Positions 9,805 through 20,855 are shown, numbered from the whole stretch's first letter. The stretch: DNA of 62,462 bases, filler included, from Nitrospinae bacterium RIFCSPLOWO2_12_FULL_45_22 (GCA_001803565.1; 6 parts of 6 records of this genome joined end to end with filler, not necessarily neighbours in it), one strand, 5' to 3'. Notes: a model not told the origin generated them from the sequence alone. Numbers and translations are program-made.

Positions 9805-10680
9805 ATGGCCATAGTAACTACGGTAGTAGGTAGTTATCCCGTTAAAGCATTAAAACCAGAAGAGGCTATCCAGCGTGCGGTTACTGACCAGATAGAGGCT
9901 GGGATAGATATAATCTCTGATGGGCAGGTAAGGGCTGACATGATTGGGATCTTTGCCCAGAAGATCCCGGGTTATGATTGCAGCGGTAAAGGGTATAAGG
10001 TTAAGTCTAAGATAGATATTCCTCCTGAACCTATAACCGTAGCCGATTATTATTATGCTAAATCGCTTGCTGGTGATACTAAGGTAAAAGGGATCCTTAC
10101 GGGACCTACTACCATGGCTATGGCTTCGTCACTGGCAGAAGGTGCCCCGTATCAGTCTATTACTGACCCGGCATTCATCATGGACCTGGCCGAGGTATTA
10201 GCTTACGAAGCCAGGGCATTGAGAGGTGCAGGTGCACAAATTATCCAGATTGATGAGCCCTTCTTCAGTATTGGGGCAGACCTGGAAGCTGGTTTTAAGG
10301 CCCTGGAGAGGGTGACAGGGGAAGCAGAGTTAGCTATTCTCCATGTATGTGGTGATGTACGTCCCATATTTCAGAAGCTACTGGATGCCCCGGTAGCTAT
10401 TCTCGATATTGAAGGGGCTAATCTAGCAGACTTACCCTGGGTAAATAGAGAGCTTTTACAAGATAAAGGGAAAAAGATTTCTTACGGCTGTATCAGCTCC
10501 AATACTGATGAAGTAGAGAGTCTGGAGATAGTGATAGACCGGATAAAATATGCCATAGAAAAGATAGGGAAAGAGAATCTCTGGCTATCGCCTGACTGCG
10601 GCCTGAGGCTCCGGACAAGGGAGGCGGCCCTAGAGAAGCTAAAACGTATGGTAAAGGCCGCCAGCTTGTTTGAAGCCTGA
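9805..10680 (+). CDS. core (single-barrel) methionine synthase, MesA/archaeal MetE-like
   Basis: TTVVGSYP, DGQVR, TGPTT, IQIDEP, Zn ligands HVC/E/PDCGL; 291 aa, no N-terminal folate barrel. Confidence 0.85.
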   Translation: MAIVTTVVGSYPVKALKPEEAIQRAVTDQIEAGIDIISDGQVRADMIGIFAQKIPGYDCSGKGYKVKSKIDIPPEPITVADYYYAKSLAGDTKVKGILTGPTTMAMASSLAEGAPYQSITDPAFIMDLAEVLAYEARALRGAGAQIIQIDEPFFSIGADLEAGFKALERVTGEAELAILHVCGDVRPIFQKLLDAPVAILDIEGANLADLPWVNRELLQDKGKKISYGCISSNTDEVESLEIVIDRIKYAIEKIGKENLWLSPDCGLRLRTREAALEKLKRMVKAASLFEA

Positions 10681-10890
10681 GTAACAGACCTAATTTTCAT
10701 AGGATAAATATTTGCCACAGAGACACAGAGGCACCGAGATAAACGAAATGACACACAAAGGGAAGCTAAAAGTGTAAAGTGCAAAGTGTAAAGCTAAGGA
10801 ATATTTCCTTAGTTTTGCACTTTTCGCTTTAAGCTTTACATTTAGTCTCTGTGCCTCTGTGCCTCTGTGCCTCTGTGGCTAAACAGTTAC
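10681..10890. repeat. nested palindromic element (GTAAC ends, 9-mer and 7-mer inverted arrays)
   Basis: GTAACAG..CAGTTAC enclosing CCACAGAGACACAGAGG / CTCTGTGCCTCTGTGG and AAAGTGT/AAAGTGC arrays with their complements. Confidence 0.85.
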
Positions 10891-10939
10891 TATGGTTTTA
10901 ATTTAGCTAACCTGATTAAAATAAAAGGAGGAGGCAAGT

Positions 10940-11734
10940 ATGAAACAGGGCAAAGCAGCATCAGAAGTAAATGTAGGGGCATTATATACCGATATGTGCG
11001 GGTCGCAGATCTATGAGCTGATCTGGGGTGATAATATCCATCCTGGTGGTCTGGAGGAGACTAAAATCCTGGCCGAAAAGGCCGGCCTTAAAAAGGGGCA
11101 AAAAGTTTTGGATATCTGCAGTGGATTAGGTGGCCCGGCCCGGTATCTGGCCAGTACTTATGGCTGTGCCATGGTAGGTATAGATCTCCTGGAGACCCAT
11201 TATAATGAGGCTGTAAAAAGGACCAGAGAGGCTGGCTTAGAGCATCTGGTATCATTTCGCCTGGGCAATGCTATGGAACTACCTTTTGAAGCAGCCAGTT
11301 TTGATGCAGTTTGGGGACAGGATGCCTGGTGTCATGTACCAGATAAGGCAAAGTTAATAGCCGAAGCGGCACGGGTCTTAAAAAAAGACGGGATTATTGC
11401 CTTTACCGATCATTTAGAAACCGAAAAGATGACTGACGAGCTAAGGGGATTGATGCAGCCCCTGGCTATTCCTAACCTCCAAACCTTACCAGGCTATGTT
11501 GCCCTCCTGGCAAATAATGGTTTTACTATCCTTTCCCAGGAAGATATCGGCAAAGGGATGGGGGAGCAGTACCGTCAATCGAATATAATTTTAGAGAATA
11601 AATTCAAAGATGAGGTAATAAACCGCTATGGTCAGGAGATATACCAGGGTACGATTGATATGTTCCAGATGTTGGTAGATGCCGTAGAGCGAGGAATGGC
11701 CGGCCGGGGCAGATTTGTGGCAAAGAAAAAATAA
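10940..11734 (+). CDS. class I SAM-dependent methyltransferase (sarcosine/dimethylglycine N-methyltransferase-like)
   Basis: WGDNIHPGG, VLDICSGLGGPAR, LPFxxxSFDAVWGQDAWCH. Confidence 0.85.
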   Translation: MKQGKAASEVNVGALYTDMCGSQIYELIWGDNIHPGGLEETKILAEKAGLKKGQKVLDICSGLGGPARYLASTYGCAMVGIDLLETHYNEAVKRTREAGLEHLVSFRLGNAMELPFEAASFDAVWGQDAWCHVPDKAKLIAEAARVLKKDGIIAFTDHLETEKMTDELRGLMQPLAIPNLQTLPGYVALLANNGFTILSQEDIGKGMGEQYRQSNIILENKFKDEVINRYGQEIYQGTIDMFQMLVDAVERGMAGRGRFVAKKK

Positions 11735-11750
11735 GGCAGGGATAAATAAA

Positions 11751-12374
11751 ATGGAGAACCCTTTACCTTTACAAATAGAGGAAATACCCCTTACCGAGAA
11801 GAGGAAAAAGCAGATAATCGAGGCTACCTACCAGTGCATCCTGGAAAAGGGCTATAATGCCTGTACTATGCAGGATATAGCGGACAAGACTGAGGTCAGT
11901 AAGGGCATTATACATTACTACTTTGATACCAAAGAAAAGCTCCTTATCTCGGCTATGGAGAACCTGGTAAACCAATGGGATGCCCTGATCGCCGACAAAC
12001 TTAACGGTATAAAAGACCCAAAGCAAGCCCTCCGGGGTTTGCTGGATGTCTGCCTTGAGATTGCCCAGGATGGTGTATCTTATGAGATGCTGGTGAACTT
12101 CTGGAGCGAGATAAGTCAAAAGAAGGCATTTAGGGATGTGAATGCCCACTTTTATTCCCACTACCGAGAGATGATAGGGGATATTATAGAAGAGGGGATA
12201 AACCAGGGGCTCTTTAAGAAAGTGGATCCCCATCTCCTGGCTACTCTAATTATCAGTATTATTGATGGCTTATCTTTGCAATGGCTCTTTGAAAAAAAGG
12301 CCTTTGCCTTAGGCAAGGCAAAAAAGATGGCTGAGGATTTGATTCTTGCTCTTCTTCGAGATAAAAGTTCTTAG
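11751..12374 (+). CDS. TetR family regulator (BetI-like C-terminal domain)
   Basis: RKKQIIEA..TMQDIA..VSKGIIHYYFDTKE; IDGLSLQW. Confidence 0.9.
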   Translation: MENPLPLQIEEIPLTEKRKKQIIEATYQCILEKGYNACTMQDIADKTEVSKGIIHYYFDTKEKLLISAMENLVNQWDALIADKLNGIKDPKQALRGLLDVCLEIAQDGVSYEMLVNFWSEISQKKAFRDVNAHFYSHYREMIGDIIEEGINQGLFKKVDPHLLATLIISIIDGLSLQWLFEKKAFALGKAKKMAEDLILALLRDKSS

Positions 12375-12425
12375 TGGTATAGTGGTGTTAGGTCTAGCAG
12401 CAGTTCATCGGAGAAAGGAGATAAT

Positions 12426-13545
12426 GTGGGGGCTAGTAAATGGGCAAGGGGATTCTTTTGCAGTATCTTGTTTTTGTTTTTAGGCATTAAGCAAGCAGGA
12501 GCCGGTGGCTATTATTTTTATGGGTTCGGAGATAGGGCTGCTTCTCTGGGATATTCCTTTATCGGCCTAGCTGATGATGCAACGGCCATTTACTGGAACC
12601 CGGCGGGCCTCACTCAGTTGCACCAGAAGCAGATAAGGGGGGGCTTCTGGCAGATGATCCAGTATAACTATAAGGATCGGAACCATGTCTCTAATACCAA
12701 TATCAATAGGCTGGCACAAGATATGGACCCCCGCCGTGGCGATTTCCTTACTGCTATATATCCAGAAGAGCCTAACTATTTTCGGGACGATGAGATGGGA
12801 ACCCCTTTAGCCTTGATGCAAGATATAGAAGCTGCCTGGCAGTGGAAGGGGTATCATTTTGGCGCCGGTTTTTATACCCCCTTAGGTACTGCCAGCAGTT
12901 GGCAGGATAGGAACCGACTCCCTTCTCAGTCATTAATAGATGGGAGACTTTGGGGTAACTTTTTTTTGGCAATAAATAATATCTCGGTAGCAAAGGAGAT
13001 ATTACCTGGACTCTCTATTGGTTCAGGATTTAACTTCTTGTGGGGCAAGATGGGGCAGGATGGCCATAAGGCCTTCCTCGACCCGGATAATCCCGGAAGA
13101 AATTATGGCTATGATTATGAGGCCAAGGGTTGGGGCTGGGGTGTAGAAGGGGTATTTGGTGTCCTCTATCAGATGTCTCCCCAGCTACAAGTAGGCGCTG
13201 TGTATCGTACTGGTGGAACCTTAAAATTTACGGGTGAGAATGAGGAGAGACATACCCTTTTACAGATAGCAGATAAGGCCGATTTTCGCTGGCGACTCCT
13301 CAATCCCCCTACCTGGGGTATTGGGATAGCCTTCCGACCTCACCCACGCCTCCTTATTGTGGCTGACTGGCAGCGCGAAGATTGGACCAGGGCTAGATAT
13401 AACTTCAATCAGCATAACCACCGGAGTTCAAGGTCTTTTCTGTTACAGGATATGGATATGGATTTGAATTGGCATGCTATAGACGATTTTCGGGTAGGAG
13501 TAGAATATAAGGTGGCAGAGAATTTTTTCTTGCGGGCGGGCCATG
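12426..13545 (+). CDS. OmpP1/FadL family outer-membrane transporter, 3'-truncated at contig end
   Basis: Signal peptide, ADDATAIYWNPAGL motif, beta-strand pattern. Confidence 0.85.
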
Positions 13546-13645
13546 NNNNNNNNNNNNNNNNNNNNNNNNNNNNNNNNNNNNNNNNNNNNTTAATTAATTA
13601 ANNNNNNNNNNNNNNNNNNNNNNNNNNNNNNNNNNNNNNNNNNNN
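13546..13645. other. artificial contig linker (also 21556-21655, 34757-34856, 43862-43961, 50259-50358)
   Basis: Identical 100-nt N-run/TTAATTAATTAA/N-run with stops in all frames. Confidence 0.98.
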
Positions 13646-13938
13646 ATGATATTAGTAAGTTCCCCCTCTACGATAAAAGCCGTTATAGAACTTATTACAA
13701 ACATTAGCGTACCCATACCGAACAGGATCAACAGGATAGTAAAAACCTTGGCCGGTGGATTATGGCTTATATCTACCACTTCTTCAAACCCTACGGTAGA
13801 AAGGGTTATAACGGTCATATAAATGCTATCCAAAATACTCCATTCTTTGCCGCCTAAGACCTTATACCCGATTATACCGGTAAGGACTACACCAACTAAT
13901 AGAAGTAGACCCACCTTGATCCTGGCTACAAGTCCCAT
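13646..13938 (-). CDS. potassium channel protein (2TM, TrkA-domain type), 3'-truncated
   Basis: DSIYMTVITLSTVGFEE selectivity filter between two TM helices. Confidence 0.9.
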
Positions 13939-14347
13939 AATTCACTTTTGATTAAACCTATATCCAGAGCGAAAACTAATGAATGCGCTCCGGATAAATA
14001 TTTGGGTGTGGCTATTTTCTGTCAGAGACCCATGAACTTTTTTGCAAGTAGCATTTTCAGTCCCGTCTCAGCGTTATTTGCGTGCTCTGCGGTGAACGGT
14101 AGCGGCTCATGCCTGTCTGCGTGCAACGCACAGGCAGGAATGTTTTCTTGTAAAATAAAGCAAATTATAGCATAATAAAGCACGGCATATTGTAGCATAA
14201 TCAGAGATTTTGTTTGCGCAAAATTTGTTAAAGCTTTTCCAATTGTCAGCCACAGAGTAAACAGTAAGCCGTGAGCAGTAAGGACTAACGGCTCACTCCT
14301 CATTGCTCACGCACTCACAATTAAATTAAGAGGGAGGGTTAAGTAAG

Positions 14348-14685
14348 ATGGAAGAGCGTATAAAACGAAGGAACAAGATATTTGGCATTTCGGCTATAGC
14401 TGTCTTTTTTATCCATAGCATTCTCCTGGCTACCAACGAATTGATCCTTACCTATAATACCTGGAGACACATCTTGATATTAACCAGATAACCAGGTATT
14501 TCCAGCTTTCAGAAAAAATCCTGCGCTATAGTTGCCCCCTTAGCTTTATCTATCTGGTGATTGGCTTAAGCTTCCTGGCAAGGATTAAGCCAGAACAGGG
14601 AGAGGAAACCCCTACCCATAAACTGGCCAAGAGGGTCTCCCTCCTCAGGTCTTTCCTGATGGTCCGGGGAATAGGGATATTATAA
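14348..14685 (+). pseudogene. small membrane protein frameshifted by an 8-nt tandem duplication
   Basis: GGAGG RBS and ATG; removing one TAACCAG(A) unit at 14481-14495 gives a 109-aa ORF with two hydrophobic segments. Confidence 0.55.
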
Positions 14686-14796
14686 GAAAGATCGAGACTC
14701 AGAGATTTGAAAGATAATTTTGACCCTCTTTGGCACAATATTTGTGATTTTCTAAACCCTTGCTAGGTCCTGGTTTCGGTAACATTACTATTTCAG

Positions 14797-16203
14797 GAGG
14801 TTGTCAAGTTTTTAGTTGAAATTTTTATAGTGGCTCCTTCCAAAGTATCCCTCATGCAGCGTACTCTAAAGCCGTATTTCCTTCCTGTACATTCTCGATA
14901 CGTGCAATGACATCGGGTATCGAGGCAAAACCCTTAATCCGATTAAAACCCTCTTCGCAATAGAGAAGAACCGATGCAAGCCAGCGCTGCATCATCTTAC
15001 TCCCCCTGTATCGCTTGATATTGCCCTCACAATCCCGCACCGTGGCGAACATGCTCTCTATGGGATTGGTTGAATGAAGGGTCTTCATCAATATGCCAGG
15101 AACCTTCAGCCGGTGAAGAGTGAGAATCTCTTCCATAGCCTCCAGGAGTGAGTATGCCGCCGACTCATTTATGCCCCTGAGCCATTTCTCCATATCCAAC
15201 AACATCTGGCGGGCATCTTCATACCGGCTTTGCTCCAGGGCCGTCCGGAACCGCCTGTGTGCCTCTTTACGATAGCGTTTCGCCAGATGCTTCTGTATGT
15301 TCCTGTCCTTATGAATTGTACATCTTTGGTGTATGAGTTTCTTCCCAAAACGATCCCTCAATGCCTTGATAATCCCCTTGCCCCCATCCGTAATCCAGAT
15401 AATGCGTCTACTGAGCCGTAAACCCCGCCGCTCCATATCTCCAAGCAGCTCCTCACCCAGCACATGATTCTCTGTAGCACCCTGCCAAAACCCCAATACC
15501 CCCTTTACATCAATACCCAGACACACCATAAATGCCTCCCCACCACGATTTATGGTATCGATAAAAACCGCAAAGGGATTAAAATCAGATAATGTCCTCT
15601 CTTTAAACTCCTCAAGCTTCTTCGCCGTTACCGCAACAATATGGCGAGATACCGAACTGGCAGATACCCCAAAAGCCTTGGCCGCTTCTACCACCGTCTC
15701 TGCATACTTCTGACACGATATGCGCCGCAATACCTTGTGCAACAACTCCTCAGAAAATACATCTCGCTCTCTGAGCTTTTGGTAGCTCTGTAATGCAATC
15801 TCCCCCTGGGGCCCTCGAAGTCGGGGGCGCTGTACCGGTATCTTTTGATCCCCTATATATACCGATCCCGCCTGACTCGCCCATTTGTATACATCCGGCA
15901 AAGATGGTCGATAGTCCAGCCCCGATATCTCTTCCCGGTCTATGTACATGATCGTCTCCGCCATCATCCCCCCAATCTCATTTATTAATACGTCAAACCC
16001 TTGCTTGCCCATTCGGTATATCTGATACATCCTATCAATAAGATCCTGCCTCCCATAGGCCTGCTCAAATCCCCTTATTGCTTTTTTCCTCCGTTTCGTG
16101 TTTACTTTCATCAGTGGCTCCTTTCTTTATGTTTTTGGGTTTCTGTGGATTATGCCACAGGGGAGCCACTTTTTCCAATTTTAACTATTTTTAGTATAAC
16201 CTC
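14797..16203 (-). mobile_element. IS256 family insertion sequence
   Basis: Imperfect TIRs GAGGTTGTCAAGTTTTTAGTTGAAATT / GAGGTTATACTAAAAATAGTTAAAATT around the transposase; no target duplication. Confidence 0.85.
14852..16111 (-). CDS. IS256 family (Mutator) DDE transposase
   Basis: FID, ITDG, HQRCTIHK, STNPIESM motifs. Confidence 0.93.
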   Translation of the reverse strand: MKVNTKRRKKAIRGFEQAYGRQDLIDRMYQIYRMGKQGFDVLINEIGGMMAETIMYIDREEISGLDYRPSLPDVYKWASQAGSVYIGDQKIPVQRPRLRGPQGEIALQSYQKLRERDVFSEELLHKVLRRISCQKYAETVVEAAKAFGVSASSVSRHIVAVTAKKLEEFKERTLSDFNPFAVFIDTINRGGEAFMVCLGIDVKGVLGFWQGATENHVLGEELLGDMERRGLRLSRRIIWITDGGKGIIKALRDRFGKKLIHQRCTIHKDRNIQKHLAKRYRKEAHRRFRTALEQSRYEDARQMLLDMEKWLRGINESAAYSLLEAMEEILTLHRLKVPGILMKTLHSTNPIESMFATVRDCEGNIKRYRGSKMMQRWLASVLLYCEEGFNRIKGFASIPDVIARIENVQEGNTALEYAA

Positions 16204-17287
16204 ATTCGGTATCAACCTTACTGGGATTTGCTGTATAGGTGCTTGTAGTTATCGGGAAGGAATTACCAAACTGGCGGTTATGATTCTTTACCATGGTATC
16301 CGTTTTAGCATATTGATGGGTGAATGTTACGGTGAATTTACCTCGAACATTTTCTTTAAGAAAAGAGGCAAATTCTTCCAAATAGGGGTAATTAAGTTCA
16401 AAAATAGCATAGTTAATTCTTAACTCAGGTCGCCTTTTCCCCATTCTTGCCTTAGCTTCTTCAAGTTTCTCTATCCCATTTAGAATTTTTAAAAAAGCTC
16501 CATCAACTCCAACGATAAAATCATGAATTTTTTTAGGCCCGGTTATCGAAACTCCAAGAGAAGACATACCAAAACGTACTATATCCTCTGCATATCTTTC
16601 TAGAAGAATTCCATTAGTAGTGTTCGAATATGTCAACCCTTTGCGATTAATATACTCAGAAAGTTCTAAGATATTTTTGCTAAGGAACGGTTCTCCCCCT
16701 GCGAACGAAACGTACGGCTTAAAGCTACTAACTTCATCAATTACTCTTTTCCACTCCTCAATTGAAAGGGGGTCATTACTAGACGGGCCATTTAATTGCC
16801 GAACCCAGGCCAGATTTTCTAACCCCTGTCCTATATCACACATTTTACATCTTGCGTTACATCTGGGTGTAGGAACAATATTAATTGAGAGGGGCTGAAC
16901 AAAACTAAACCCTTGTGTAGGAAGATGGGACAACAGAGATATTTTCTTGGAACGATAATACAAGCCTCAGACATCTGGAAATTTGAATTCCGCCTTTTTT
17001 GCTAAAATGGCAAAAAGGCTATAAAAACAAAGGTTTACGGCCAATTTTGAAGTGGGCATAATTCCTTGCACCTTACTTAATTTTTGTTGTAAATATCTGT
17101 AGTAATATCAATGGGTTAGAAATGCTAATCTCTCCCATCATGCACTATGAGGTCTTAGCGGGGCAAATCCCTATGCCCAATGAGCAATTTTATGTCAAAT
17201 TTTCCAGATGTCTGAGCCTATAAACTCTAAGCTACAGTAATATCTGGGATTAAAGATCACTCTTTTCGCCTTCTTTAATAAGTTCAT
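16202..17287 (-). pseudogene. radical SAM protein, split by a MITE and truncated by IS256
   Basis: CNARCKMC, GGEP, TTNG; excising 16968-17214 plus one AGCCT fuses 24 codons from ATG 17287 in frame. Confidence 0.85.
16968..17214. mobile_element. MITE with CAGACATCTGGAAA TIRs and 5-bp target duplication
   Basis: AGCCT at 16963-16967 and 17215-17219; no transposase ORF. Confidence 0.9.
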
Positions 17288-17308
17288 AGCATAGGAATTT
17301 TCATTTTA

Positions 17309-17386
17309 AGATTGCTTCGCTTCGCTCGCAATGACAAGAACATCCTTTCCATGTCATTGCGAGGAACGTTAGTGACGAAGCAATCT
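17309..17386. repeat. GTCATTGCGAG/CTCGCAATGAC REP-like palindromes
   Basis: Related units at 2497-2631, 20622-20669, 30685-30836, 56372-56481. Confidence 0.75.
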
Positions 17387-17634
17387 AAATTTAGACTTCT
17401 ACGATTTCCATCCCGGGGATAGCCGGTAATCTCTTTCTGGTGCGGCCGGAGACCAAATAAGCAGAATAATTGGACATTCAAATAATGATGCCTATCAATA
17501 TTACCTATCATATGATACCCATTTAAGTTAAATTATGCGTATTAAGAGTTTATTAAGCATATTTAGTTATAGCAAAACGTCTAAAAAATAGCCCCTTTTT
17601 ATTGGCTATTAGGAGAAGTCTGAAGTTCATTAAT

Positions 17635-18810
17635 TTAGCCTTTCAAAATCCTACCCGCTAACAATACTTCCCCAATCCTCTCTGCCGCTCTACCATCCCC
17701 AAAGATTGGGTTTTGATCCTTAGAGTTAAATTCTTGATCAGAAATTTTATTAAAACCATTGAGAATCTTCTCTATATCTGTTCCCACAACCATATTCCAC
17801 CCATTTGCCACCGTCTCTATCCACTCGGTCTCATCTCGCAGGGTAATACATGGAACCTTAAAAAAGTATGCCTCCTTCTGTACACCCCCAGAGTCGGTAA
17901 GTATCACGCTGCCATTCTTTTCAAGCGCAATCATGTCAAGATAGGAAACTGGATCGAAAATAGTAAATTGCGAATTGGGATAAGTTAGCCCCATCTCTTC
18001 CAGCACCTTTCTAGTCCTGGGGTGAAGAAGCAACACCACTCTCATACCATTTTTAGCAATCTCATCCAAGGCTTCAAAGATTGCTCTCAGGTTTTCAGGG
18101 CGGTCGGTGTTTTCTGCCCGGTGAATGGTACAGAGGGCATACTCCTTTTTCTTGAGGCCCAATTTTGCAAAAACCCCGTGACGTTCCTCGGCAAGCCCTG
18201 AGTAAAAAAGGGCACAATCATACATTACATCACCAACGTTTATAACTACTGGAGACAAGTGAGAGCTCGGAAGGGAAAAGTCAAAAGAATCATCAATTAA
18301 TTTGCCTTCATTAATTATGTTGTTAAACCCCTCATTCTTGAGGTTTCTAATGGCCGTCTCGGTCGGGCAGAACAGGATGGACGAGGCATGATCGGTCAAG
18401 ATCCTATTTATCTCCTCGGGCAGTGCCTTATTAAATGACCTCAGACCTGCTTCTACATGGGCAATGGGTATATGGAGCTTTGCGGAGGCTAAGGTAGAGT
18501 TTGTATCACCATAGACCATTACGACATCCGGTCTTTCTTCCATTAAGACCTCTTCTACCTTTTTGAGCATCTCCCCCGTCTGCCGGCCATGGGTTCCTGA
18601 ACCCACGCCCAGGTGATAGTCAGGCATCCTCAGATTAAGCTCTTCGAAAAATATCCTGGACATCCCATAGTCATAGTGCTGCCCGGTGTCTATCAAGAGT
18701 TCGTGAATGGTGCAATCTGGATACTTGAGGTTATGTTTCTCAATGGCCCTGGAACCGGGGCTCGCTTTGATAAACTGTGGCCGTGCACCAACAATATGCA
18801 GGAGTTTCAT
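17635..18810 (-). CDS. wecB: non-hydrolysing UDP-N-acetylglucosamine 2-epimerase (WecB/WbpI-like), small in-frame deletion
   Basis: GARPQFIK, TGQHYD, GDTNST, HVEAGLRS, TDSGGVQKEA. Confidence 0.9.
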   Translation of the reverse strand: MKLLHIVGARPQFIKASPGSRAIEKHNLKYPDCTIHELLIDTGQHYDYGMSRIFFEELNLRMPDYHLGVGSGTHGRQTGEMLKKVEEVLMEERPDVVMVYGDTNSTLASAKLHIPIAHVEAGLRSFNKALPEEINRILTDHASSILFCPTETAIRNLKNEGFNNIINEGKLIDDSFDFSLPSSHLSPVVINVGDVMYDCALFYSGLAEERHGVFAKLGLKKKEYALCTIHRAENTDRPENLRAIFEALDEIAKNGMRVVLLLHPRTRKVLEEMGLTYPNSQFTIFDPVSYLDMIALEKNGSVILTDSGGVQKEAYFFKVPCITLRDETEWIETVANGWNMVVGTDIEKILNGFNKISDQEFNSKDQNPIFGDGRAAERIGEVLLAGRILKG

Positions 18811-18851
18811 CGGAGCTAGTCCTCTTACTGCGATGGATTGGCTCTTAATCT

Positions 18852-20549
18852 TTACCCTGTATGGGGCGGATAGTCAGTTTTAGGATTCAATAAAGGGACC
18901 GTAATTGCCAAGTGCTGCTCTGGCTCTTTGTGAATTTTGGTCTCATTTAGTTTTTTGAAGCGCCTCCCACAGGCTCTACAAGAAGCGACATTTTCTTTAT
19001 CAAACTTAAGTTTTACTCCGCAGGTACACATCCAACCGGCCAGCCTTGCGGGATTTCCCAGAACAAGGGCATAATCGGGGATATCTCTGGTGACTACCGC
19101 CCCGGCACCGATAAAGGCATACTCTCCCACTGTAAGGCCGCAGACAATGGTAGCATTGGCGCCAATGGTTGCCCCTCTCTTTATCAGGGTAAGTCGAAGC
19201 TCTTTCATCCTGGGAATAGCAGCCCGGGGATTGAAGACATTGGTGAAGACCATGGAAGGGCCACAGAAGACGTCATCCTCCAGGGTCACACCTTCATAGA
19301 TAGAGATATTGTTCTGGATCTTGCAGCTATTGCCAACCGACACATTGGGGCCAATAACTACATTCTGACCAATATTGCAATTGTGGCCAATCCTGGAACC
19401 CCTTAATATATGGGAAAAGTGCCAGATCCTGGTCCCAGGCCCTATTTCTACATCTTCATCTATATAGGAAGATTCATGGATAAACACTTCGTGAGGAGTA
19501 AGGCGTGAGGCGTAAGGGGAAAAGCTTTTTACTTTTACCTCTTCACTTTTTACTAATGAAATGGTTGCACCATTTCTATTCAGGGATTCCTGGGCGGCAT
19601 GGAGAATTTGAAGGACACGAAGCCCCTCTTCACCATCCGTCTTGGGTCTAGTACCGTTCGAGATACATTCGAGGAAATGCTGACATTCGGCTTTTAAAGG
19701 TTCTTCTATTTGGATGGGCACAATCTCTGCTCCGGCCCTGGAAGCCACGGGGATACGGTTAATCCACTCGATCTTGTGGGGATAGAGAAAGAGCTTTTCT
19801 TCACTCAGATCGTCAAAGACCGCCATTTTACTGTCGCTAACCACTACCAGCTTTTGTTCTTTGAAGGGATGGAGCCAGCTCACAAAGATATGGGCCTTAA
19901 CTCCAGAGGGGAAGTCCATGGTAGTTATAGTTACATCGGGAATCTGATGCTGCAGGTAGCTGCCCCCGGTGGCATAGACAGTCTCTGGAGATTCATTCAA
20001 GAGGGAGAGAATAACAGAGATATCGTGCGGGGCAAAGCTCCAGAGGATATTCTCTTCAGCCCTGATCTTACCGATATTTAGACGATTGGAATAGATGTAT
20101 TGGATCTTTTCCAACTCGCCTGCATCGATTAATTCCTTTAGTTTATTGACTGCGGGATGGTATTGGAGTATATGGCCGACCATAAGGGTTTTGCCCTTCT
20201 GGGCAGCCACTTTTATTAAATTCTGACCCTCTTCGATATTCAAGGCTAAAGGTTTTTCTGTGAAGACATGTTTACTTGCTAGCAGGGCTTCTTTGGTCAT
20301 CTGATAATGCATGGATGCGGGCGTAGATACTACAATGGCATCGATATTAGGATTGTCGAGTAGGGAGGAGAATGAATCTGTAAAATTAATAGCTGGATAA
20401 TGCTCTCTGAAATTATCTCCAAGCTCTCTATTGATATCACAGATGGTATGGAGGGCGCCCAGGGCATAAAAATTACGCACCAGATTTTTACCCCAATACC
20501 CGGCGCCAACTACTGCTATATTTATTTGATCGTTATCTTTGCCTCGCAT
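18852..20549 (-). CDS. Gfo/Idh/MocA dehydrogenase fused to hexapeptide N-acetyltransferase (WbpB-WbpD-like)
   Basis: [18 protein letters not shown]; then [26 protein letters not shown], GWMCxCG. Confidence 0.9.
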   Translation of the reverse strand: MRGKDNDQINIAVVGAGYWGKNLVRNFYALGALHTICDINRELGDNFREHYPAINFTDSFSSLLDNPNIDAIVVSTPASMHYQMTKEALLASKHVFTEKPLALNIEEGQNLIKVAAQKGKTLMVGHILQYHPAVNKLKELIDAGELEKIQYIYSNRLNIGKIRAEENILWSFAPHDISVILSLLNESPETVYATGGSYLQHQIPDVTITTMDFPSGVKAHIFVSWLHPFKEQKLVVVSDSKMAVFDDLSEEKLFLYPHKIEWINRIPVASRAGAEIVPIQIEEPLKAECQHFLECISNGTRPKTDGEEGLRVLQILHAAQESLNRNGATISLVKSEEVKVKSFSPYASRLTPHEVFIHESSYIDEDVEIGPGTRIWHFSHILRGSRIGHNCNIGQNVVIGPNVSVGNSCKIQNNISIYEGVTLEDDVFCGPSMVFTNVFNPRAAIPRMKELRLTLIKRGATIGANATIVCGLTVGEYAFIGAGAVVTRDIPDYALVLGNPARLAGWMCTCGVKLKFDKENVASCRACGRRFKKLNETKIHKEPEQHLAITVPLLNPKTDYPPHTG

Positions 20550-20855
20550 CTTATCGCTACTCCGATCTAAGATATATTTATCCCCAAATGATGCAAGCCC
20601 CTGCAAAAACCATCTTGAAGTGTCATCCTGAACCCTTCGCTTTGCTCAGGGATTCGGCTCAGAATGACGGACTAGTAAAGCGCTTTCCCATGAGTTCTGC
20701 ATAAGTTGAGATTATTAACATCTTTGAAGGCCAAAAAAGGGTAAGAAATATCATGAATTCAGGGTAAAGAGTGAACGGTTACGATTTACATTGACTCCAA
20801 AGGGTAAAATCACTAATATGAAATAACGTGAGTTGGTAAAAGGGATAATAAATAG

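Noticed and set aside
10714-10879. Short tandem repeats as a CRISPR array
   Set aside because: 7-9-nt periodic units in inverted arrangement, no repeat-spacer structure, no cas genes
13546-13645. Recurrent TTAATTAATTAA motif and ORFs ending in LIN
   Set aside because: Artificial scaffold linker; the stops are not biological
14732-14746. TGGCAC-N5-TTGT sigma54-like site
   Set aside because: Imperfect -12 and no downstream gene (points into the IS256 end)
17054-17070. sigma54-like GGCAT..TTGC inside the MITE
   Set aside because: GG-to-GC spacing is 11, not 10
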